Origin: an uncultured Chlorobiaceae bacterium
GTDB lineage: Bacteria > Bacteroidota > Ignavibacteria > UBA10030 > SZUA-254
Reading direction: 5' to 3'
Length of the DNA: 63,976 bases
Assembly: GCA_964471945.1 (NCBI GenBank)
Contig: CAYYIJ010000003.1
Location: 1-63,976 of the forward strand
A model generated the notes under the pieces. That model ran no database searches, was not told where the DNA came from, and was given only the letters and a program-made list of their open reading frames with translations. The position numbers were made by a program, and so were the translations under genes. Positions within the stretch are counted from its first letter, which is position 1. Each line of letters opens with the position of its first letter. Positions 57,446 to 63,976 of this stretch are shown piece after piece.

Positions 57446-60229
57446 ATGAAACATAAATATGTATATTTTTTTGGCGGCGGAAAAGCCGATGGCAATGAAA
57501 GTATGAAAGAGCTTCTCGGCGGAAAAGGTGCTAACCTCGCCGAGATGGCAGGACATAAAAATTTAAAACTTCCCGTTCCACCGGGATTCACAATCACAAC
57601 TGAAGTATGCAATTATTATTATAACAATCGAAAATCGTTTCCCAAAGGATTGCAAAAAGAAATAGAAAACAGTGTGAAGCGCATAGAAATTTTGATGAAA
57701 AAAAAGTTTGGTGACCCAGAGAATCCCCTATTGGTTTCAGTGCGGTCTGGCGCACGCCGCTCCATGCCGGGGATGATGGAAACTGTGTTAAACATCGGTT
57801 TAACAGAAAAAACGATTCCAGGAATGATTAAGAAAAGTGGAGGCAACAGCAGATTTGTGTACGATTCTTATCGTAGGCTCATCATGATGTACTCTGATGT
57901 TGTCATGGAGAAAGCTGCCAACATCGAGTTGAAGGACGATGAATCTGGTATACGAAAACAGCTTGAAAAGATTATGTCTGATATGAAAAAAGAGAAAGGA
58001 TATAGACTTGATACCGATCTTACTTCAGACGACCTTGAACACCTTTGTGAAATGTTCAAAGAAAAAGTGAAAAAAGTACTTCACAAAGAATTCCCTGACG
58101 ACCCACGCGAACAGTTATGGGGCGGTATAGGTGCAGTATTTGCTTCGTGGAATGGCAAGCGTGCTGTTAGCTATAGACGCATAGAGGGGATCCCTGATGA
58201 ATGGGGAACCGCTGTAACTGTACAATCAATGGTTTTCGGTAACATGGGTGCTGATTCTGCTACTGGTGTTGCGTTCACTCGGAACCCAGGTAACGGTGAA
58301 CCAGAATTTTATGGTGAATTTCTTATTAACGCTCAAGGCGAGGATGTTGTGGCTGGAATTCGTACACCAGCGCCAATAAATGAATATTCAAAATCCGAAC
58401 ATAATAAAATTTTACTATCCCTCGAAAAAGGTATGCCCAAATTGTATAATGAGCTTTACCGATATCAACAGCAGCTTGAGAAGCACTATAGAGATATGCA
58501 AGATATTGAGTTTACCATAGAGCGTGGTCGACTCTTTATTCTCCAATGCCGAATTGGCAAAAGAAACGGTCCTGCTGCGGTTCGAGTCGCTATGGATATG
58601 TTAAAGGAGAAACTTATTGACAAAAATACTGCCATTCAGAGGGTTACACCTTCGCAGGTAGATGAATTACTGCATCCAATTATTGATCCAAAGATTGAAG
58701 CAGGACAGGAAGTTTTGGCAAAGGGCTTACCAGCCGGTCCTGGGGGTGCATCGGGCCAAGTTGTTTTTTTTGCACACGATGCTGTTGAGTGGGTGAAACA
58801 AGGAAAGAAAGTTATACTAGTTCGGGAAGAAACAAATCCCGAAGACGTTGAAGGTATGCGGGCTGCACAAGCAATTCTTACGGCACGCGGCGGAATGACA
58901 TCGCACGCTGCTCTTGTTGCTCGAGGATGGGGTAAATGCTGCATTGTTGGATGCAGCTCCCTGAACATTGATGCCGCGACCAAAGAAATGCATGTCGGTG
59001 ACAAGGTTTTTCAAGAAGGTGATTGGATTACTCTGAATGGAACAAAAGGAAACGTATACGCCGGTCAGCTTCCCATGATGGATGCCACGGAAGAGAATAA
59101 AATATTCAATGATTTTCTGAAGATATGCGATTCTATTCGTCGACTTGGTATTCGAACAAATGCTGATACTCCAGATGATGCGAAGAAAGGCAGAGAGTTT
59201 GGAGCGCAAGGAATTGGTCTTTTTCGCACTGAGCACATGTTCTATGGTAAAGATTCAGAAGCGCCATTATTCTTTTTGCGGAAAATGATTATGTCGAAAA
59301 CAGAAGCAGAACGCCGCAAAGCCCTCGATGAATTGTTTCCTTTCGTTAAAAAAGATATTAAGGGAACGTTGGATGCGATGGATCCGTATCCAGTAGTAAT
59401 GCGATTGCTTGATCCGCCATTGCATGAATTTGTTCCCCGTGATCATGCCAAGTTAGAACAATTGGCTAATGACCTCGGTATCTCATCTGAAGAATTAAGC
59501 AAGCGGGCAGATGGTTTACACGAATCGAATCCGATGATGGGACACCGCGGAGTTCGTCTCGGAATCACCTATCCTGAGGTAAGTGAAATGCAGATTCGTG
59601 CAATCTTTGAAGCGGCAGCAGAACTTATCAAGGATGGTAGAACACCTTATCCAGAGATCATGATACCTGTACTCGGAGATGTTAAAGAATTAACGCATCA
59701 AAATGAAATTGCAAAACGTGTGTATCAAGAAGTTCTGGAGAAATACAAACTCAAGAAAATCAAACACATGTTCGGGACAATGATCGAGATTCCACGTGCA
59801 GCGTTAGTGTCGAATAAGATTGCCGAGACTGCACAATTTTTCTCGTTCGGTACGAACGACCTGACGCAGATGGGCTATGGTTTCTCGCGAGACGATTTTG
59901 GAAGCTTCTTACCCGATTATCTCAAGAAGGGAATTCTCTCGGAAGATCCATTTCAATCGATCGATCAAGAAGGTATCGGTGAATTGATAAAAATCAGCAT
60001 TGAGCGCGGGAGGAAGACAAATGCGAATTTAGAGATCGGTATATGCGGTGAACATGGCGGGGATCCACGATCGGTCGAGTTCTGTCATCGTGTTGGAATG
60101 GACTATGTCAGTTGTTCTCCCTATCGGGTGCCGATTGCCAGGTTAGCTGCCGCCCAGGCAAATTTACTTTTTCCATTGGCAGGGAGTTTGAAAAGTAGTA
60201 GTGTAAAGAAAATCTCCAAGAAAAAATAA
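57446..60229 (+). CDS. ppdK: pyruvate, phosphate dikinase
   Basis: LGGKGANLAEM, catalytic His loop GGMTSHAALVARG, C-terminal GICGEHGGDP. 927 aa. Confidence 0.95.
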   Translation: MKHKYVYFFGGGKADGNESMKELLGGKGANLAEMAGHKNLKLPVPPGFTITTEVCNYYYNNRKSFPKGLQKEIENSVKRIEILMKKKFGDPENPLLVSVRSGARRSMPGMMETVLNIGLTEKTIPGMIKKSGGNSRFVYDSYRRLIMMYSDVVMEKAANIELKDDESGIRKQLEKIMSDMKKEKGYRLDTDLTSDDLEHLCEMFKEKVKKVLHKEFPDDPREQLWGGIGAVFASWNGKRAVSYRRIEGIPDEWGTAVTVQSMVFGNMGADSATGVAFTRNPGNGEPEFYGEFLINAQGEDVVAGIRTPAPINEYSKSEHNKILLSLEKGMPKLYNELYRYQQQLEKHYRDMQDIEFTIERGRLFILQCRIGKRNGPAAVRVAMDMLKEKLIDKNTAIQRVTPSQVDELLHPIIDPKIEAGQEVLAKGLPAGPGGASGQVVFFAHDAVEWVKQGKKVILVREETNPEDVEGMRAAQAILTARGGMTSHAALVARGWGKCCIVGCSSLNIDAATKEMHVGDKVFQEGDWITLNGTKGNVYAGQLPMMDATEENKIFNDFLKICDSIRRLGIRTNADTPDDAKKGREFGAQGIGLFRTEHMFYGKDSEAPLFFLRKMIMSKTEAERRKALDELFPFVKKDIKGTLDAMDPYPVVMRLLDPPLHEFVPRDHAKLEQLANDLGISSEELSKRADGLHESNPMMGHRGVRLGITYPEVSEMQIRAIFEAAAELIKDGRTPYPEIMIPVLGDVKELTHQNEIAKRVYQEVLEKYKLKKIKHMFGTMIEIPRAALVSNKIAETAQFFSFGTNDLTQMGYGFSRDDFGSFLPDYLKKGILSEDPFQSIDQEGIGELIKISIERGRKTNANLEIGICGEHGGDPRSVEFCHRVGMDYVSCSPYRVPIARLAAAQANLLFPLAGSLKSSSVKKISKKK

Positions 60230-60269
60230 TGAAAATATTATCAATAGTATTAAAATAAGGTAAAAAGAA

Positions 60270-61307
60270 ATGAAACTTTCAGATTTCAAATATCCACTTC
60301 CGCGGAATTTAATTGCGAAATTTCCGGCAAAACCGCGAGATGCTTCAAAACTTATGGTACTTAATCGTGCCGATGATTCAATTGCTGAGAGAAGGTTCAG
60401 TGATATCATCGAGTATTTTAAAAAAGGTGATTGCATGATTGTAAATCAAACGAGGGTATTTCCAGCTCGTCTCTTTGGGAAGAAGGAAAAAACAGGAGCG
60501 AAGATCGAAGTATTTCTTCTTCGTGAATTGAATCATGATGACGCTATATGGGACGTTATTGTTGATCCAGCAAGGAAAGTTCGGATTGGAAATAAAATTT
60601 ATTTTGATGATGGTAAAATCTGGTGCGAGGTAATCGATAACACAACATCACGTGGTCGGACGGTTAGGTTTAATTATAAGAACGATCTTTTTAAGATTGT
60701 TGAACGCATCGGTGTTACTCCGTTGCCATACTATATTAAACGTGAAGCTAAAATCGAGGATAAAGAGTCATACCAAACAGTTTACGCTAAAGAAGTTGGC
60801 TCTGTGGCAGCACCATCAGCCGGATTACATTTTACAAAACGTCTTCTAACTGCGATCGAGAAAAAAGGTGTGAAAATTGTTCCGGTAATTTTACATCTCG
60901 GGCTCGGTTCGTTTCGTCCAGTCGAAGTTGAAGATCTTTCCAAACATAAAATGGACTCGGAATATTACGAGATTCCACAATCGACCGTAGATGTAGTCAA
61001 TAAAACAATCGATAGCAGATGCAATGTCTTTGCTATCGGAACAAGTGTTACCCGAGCAGTTGAATCAAGCGTTATGACAACGGGTCATTTAAAACCGTTT
61101 AAAGGTTGGACGGATAAATTTATTTTTCCCCCTTATGAATTAAAAATCGTTGACAAGTTAGTTACAAATTTTCATATGCCTGAATCCACACTGCTTATGT
61201 TGGTAAGTGCATTCGGCGGTAGGGATTTGGTTATGAAGGCGTACAAGAAAGCTATTAAAGAAAAATGGCGATTCTACAGTTATGGGGATGCGATGTTGAT
61301 TTTGTAA
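60270..61307 (+). CDS. queA: tRNA preQ1(34) S-adenosylmethionine ribosyltransferase-isomerase
   Basis: MKLSDFKYPLP N-terminus, AAPSAGLHFT and FYSYGDAMLI motifs. Confidence 0.95.
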   Translation: MKLSDFKYPLPRNLIAKFPAKPRDASKLMVLNRADDSIAERRFSDIIEYFKKGDCMIVNQTRVFPARLFGKKEKTGAKIEVFLLRELNHDDAIWDVIVDPARKVRIGNKIYFDDGKIWCEVIDNTTSRGRTVRFNYKNDLFKIVERIGVTPLPYYIKREAKIEDKESYQTVYAKEVGSVAAPSAGLHFTKRLLTAIEKKGVKIVPVILHLGLGSFRPVEVEDLSKHKMDSEYYEIPQSTVDVVNKTIDSRCNVFAIGTSVTRAVESSVMTTGHLKPFKGWTDKFIFPPYELKIVDKLVTNFHMPESTLLMLVSAFGGRDLVMKAYKKAIKEKWRFYSYGDAMLIL

Positions 61308-61316
61308 ACTTATTGT

Positions 61317-62012
61317 ATGTTTAAAAATAAAAAAATTGGTGTGGTGATTCCTGCTGCCGGAAAAGGAACTCGAATGGGCAGCAGCCAAAGTAAACAATTC
61401 CTTTTGTTAAATGATAAACCGATTATTATTCATACACTTGAGCGATTTCAATCATCTAAAGAAATTGATTGTATTGTCTTAGCGGTGGATACAACCGACA
61501 TCTTCACTATCGAAGACTTAGTAATTAAACATAATCTAACAAAAGTGTGTGAAGTTGTGGCTGGAGGTCTCGAGAGGCAGGATTCGGTGTGGAATGGTTT
61601 AAAATGTCTCAAGTCTCGGGCTCCCAATTTTGTTCTAATCCATGATGCAGTTCGTCCTTTTGTAACACATCGAATGATTAATCTTATTCTTGAAGCGGTT
61701 GTCGAGAGTTCGGCGGCCATAACGGCTGTTCGTATTAAAGACACGGTGAAAAATTCTATTGATGGAATTTTTATTTCAGAGACACTAAACAGAGAGAATC
61801 TCTGGCTTGCCCAAACACCCCAGGCATTCGATTATGAATTAATAAGTCGAGCATTTGTAAAAGCTCATCAGGAACATTTTTATGGCACTGATGATGCAAG
61901 TTTAGTCGAGAGGATCGGTGTAAGAGTTAGTCTTGTCGAAGGTTCCTATAGAAATATTAAAATTACTACACCCGAAGATCTCGATACGGCTCAATATTTT
62001 GCACGGCGGTAG
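61317..62012 (+). CDS. ispD: 2-C-methyl-D-erythritol 4-phosphate cytidylyltransferase
   Basis: VIPAAGKGTRMG, HDAVRPF and AQTPQAF motifs. Confidence 0.9.
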   Translation: MFKNKKIGVVIPAAGKGTRMGSSQSKQFLLLNDKPIIIHTLERFQSSKEIDCIVLAVDTTDIFTIEDLVIKHNLTKVCEVVAGGLERQDSVWNGLKCLKSRAPNFVLIHDAVRPFVTHRMINLILEAVVESSAAITAVRIKDTVKNSIDGIFISETLNRENLWLAQTPQAFDYELISRAFVKAHQEHFYGTDDASLVERIGVRVSLVEGSYRNIKITTPEDLDTAQYFARR

Positions 62013-62093
62013 GTGGCGTTATGCACATTATTGTTGTATCTTTTATATTTTTCTGGTATCTTATAAGTGAATTCTTAAATATTATTATTAAAT

Positions 62094-62774
62094 ATGCTTC
62101 CTTTAGGTATAATCATAATACTAAGTTATCTTGTTGGCTCAATACCCACAAGTATCTTAATAACCAAATTAGTTAAGGGTATTGATATCCGCAAGTACGG
62201 CAGCGGGAATGCCGGCGGTACAAACGTTATCCGTGTATTAGGATGGAAAGTCGGTGTGCTGGTGATCGCCATCGATATTTTTAAAGGATACGTTGCCGCT
62301 ATGATGGTTACGAAACTTATGTATGGACAGATTCCATTCAACAACGTTACACCATTCGATGATATTACGGTGATTCGAGTTATTGCAGGGACATCAGCCA
62401 TATTAGGGCATATCTGGACTGCTTTCGGTGGATTCCGAGGTGGAAAGGGAATTGCAACTGCTGGAGGAGTTCTATTGGGTTTGGCAACAATCGAAGTTCT
62501 GGTTTCTATCGGTATCTTTTTTATTGTATTTGTTCTTTCTCGGTATGTATCGCTCGGTTCAATAAGTGGAGCTATTGCATTTCCTCTTACCATGTTCATG
62601 CGTCATAACTTATGGAATGTTGATCTTCAGGGATATAATACACTCATTTTTTTTAGCATCGGTATTTCGCTACTACTGTTATATACACATCGCACCAATA
62701 TCCAGCGATTGATTGCAGGTACGGAAAACCGCCTTTCGCGGCTTCATATTTTCGATAAGATTAAATCTCAATAA
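62094..62774 (+). CDS. plsY: glycerol-3-phosphate acyltransferase PlsY
   Basis: GSGNAGGTN and FRGGKGIATAGG motifs, multi-TM. Confidence 0.9.
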   Translation: MLPLGIIIILSYLVGSIPTSILITKLVKGIDIRKYGSGNAGGTNVIRVLGWKVGVLVIAIDIFKGYVAAMMVTKLMYGQIPFNNVTPFDDITVIRVIAGTSAILGHIWTAFGGFRGGKGIATAGGVLLGLATIEVLVSIGIFFIVFVLSRYVSLGSISGAIAFPLTMFMRHNLWNVDLQGYNTLIFFSIGISLLLLYTHRTNIQRLIAGTENRLSRLHIFDKIKSQ

Positions 62775-62780
62775 TCGTTT

Positions 62781-63779
62781 ATGCGCATCACTGTCTTAGG
62801 AGCAGGTAGTTGGGGAACAACCCTGGCTGTCTTACTCAATTACAATGCGCATCATGTAACTCTCTGGTCATTTCTAAAAGCTCATGCCGAAGCGCTGCGG
62901 AGTTCTCGAGAGAATATTGATTTTTTACCAGGGGTAATAATTCCAGAAGATATAAATTTAACGAGTGATTTACTCGAGGCAGTAAAGCGGACAGAGATAA
63001 TCGTAACCGCTGTTCCAACACAACATCTTCGTTCGGTTATGCAACAACTAAGACAACATAATTTTCATGATATAACCATCGTTAATGTTGCGAAAGGAAT
63101 TGAGAATCATTCGCTTATGACTGTTTCCGAGATTCTACTTGATGTTCTGCCTACTTTAAAAAAAGATAACATTGCTATCCTTTCAGGACCGAGTTTTGCG
63201 GAAGAAGTTAGTAGGCAAGTACCTACGGCTGTCGTTGCAGCGTCCACGAATATCGCAGCGGCGAAGTTAGTACAGCAAACTTTTATTACACCATATTTTC
63301 GTGTTTATTCGAGCGATGATATTCGGGGAGTCGAGCTTGCCGGCTCGGTTAAGAATGTCATTGCAATAGGTGCGGGAATTGCTGATGGTGCTGGATTCGG
63401 TGATAACACAAAAGCTGCTATCATGACTCGGGCAACTGCTGAGATTGCACGACTTGGAAAAGTTATGGGCGCACGCCAAGAAACATTTGCGGGACTTTCG
63501 GGTATCGGCGATTTGATTGCAACTTGCATGAGTAAACACAGCCGCAACCGTCATGTTGGCGAAGAAATTGGAAAAGGAAGGAGACTAAGTGAAATACTTG
63601 CTGAGATGAAAATGGTGGCAGAAGGCGTCCCTACAACAAAATCTGTTCATGATCTCTCTATCAAGTATGATACTGAGATGCCGATTTGTAATGAAGTTTA
63701 TCGGGTATTATTTGAATACAAAGATCCAATTATTGCCACATCTGATTTGATGACGCGTGATGCGAAGGGGGAAGTATAG
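62781..63779 (+). CDS. gpsA: NAD(P)H-dependent glycerol-3-phosphate dehydrogenase
   Basis: LGAGSWGT Rossmann motif, GVKNVIAIGAG and TCMSKHSRNRHVG motifs. Confidence 0.95.
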   Translation: MRITVLGAGSWGTTLAVLLNYNAHHVTLWSFLKAHAEALRSSRENIDFLPGVIIPEDINLTSDLLEAVKRTEIIVTAVPTQHLRSVMQQLRQHNFHDITIVNVAKGIENHSLMTVSEILLDVLPTLKKDNIAILSGPSFAEEVSRQVPTAVVAASTNIAAAKLVQQTFITPYFRVYSSDDIRGVELAGSVKNVIAIGAGIADGAGFGDNTKAAIMTRATAEIARLGKVMGARQETFAGLSGIGDLIATCMSKHSRNRHVGEEIGKGRRLSEILAEMKMVAEGVPTTKSVHDLSIKYDTEMPICNEVYRVLFEYKDPIIATSDLMTRDAKGEV

Positions 63780-63976
63780 GTTAATATTCGCATCATCCTG
63801 ACATTAGAAAATTTAATTTGTGGAAAAAGTCAATTAAGGCTATAAACGCTACAAACCCAAATCGAGATACTGGTTATTAATCGGTAATATTCGATGCAAG
63901 TCAGTTATCAAACGGTATCTACTTCGTGCCAATTGAATTATCTCAAGCCGCAAGGGCTTCTTCGGCTGCTTTCGAT

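Noticed and set aside
63780-63976. Possible 3' end of a minus-strand gene at the right edge (reads ...KAAEEALAA-stop) and possible RNA gene in the terminal 200 nt.
   Set aside because: Only about 10 codons are visible and no tRNA-like cloverleaf or other structure was evident. Not enough to support a feature.
1-63976. Scan for CRISPR arrays, rRNA/tRNA genes, IS elements, integrases and prophage genes.
   Set aside because: No regularly spaced 25-40-bp repeats, no tRNA-like sequences in the intergenic spacers examined, and no transposase, integrase or phage structural protein motifs in any ORF.

Overview
AT-rich bacterial chromosomal segment. The protein content suggests an FCB-group organism (Ignavibacteria/Bacteroidota-like), but I could not verify that here.

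Most of the window is tightly packed housekeeping genes:
- DNA repair and competence: uvrB, comF.
- Central metabolism: gap, pgk, tpiA, sucC, ppdK, folD, pruA.
- Respiration: a nuoABCDEF half-operon.
- Isoprenoid synthesis: ispG, ispD.
- Envelope and lipid: lpxB, lpxK, plsY, gpsA.
- Others: smc, queA.
- A complete minus-strand Pho regulon block: phoB, phoR, porin, pstSCAB, phoU.

Small accessory modules sit at the junctions between core genes:
- An AbiEii-like three-gene operon at the left edge.
- Two tandem MntA/HepT toxin-antitoxin pairs.
- Two paralogous proteins made only of 5 and 6 tandem 48-aa GcrA/Myb-like HTH repeats.
- Two copies of a minimal-nucleotidyltransferase plus small-ORF module. 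One is wedged between gap and pgk. The other is bounded by a 30-bp direct repeat that duplicates the 3' end of the host gene.
- A GxxExxY gene bounded by 29-bp direct repeats.
- A decayed four-helix-bundle gene.
- A methyltransferase-less MvaI/BcnI-like plus wHTH-HNH two-nuclease operon directly behind sucC.

Other points of note are a family of short triple-motif hairpin repeats, an in-frame TGA in a small membrane-protein gene, a GH2-like protein that seems to have lost its nucleophile and is fused to a membrane domain, and PhoP-type TTAACA-N5-TTAACA boxes in the Pho cluster.

I recognised no rRNA, tRNA, CRISPR array, transposase or integrase. All family assignments come from motif recognition by eye. 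No searches were run.
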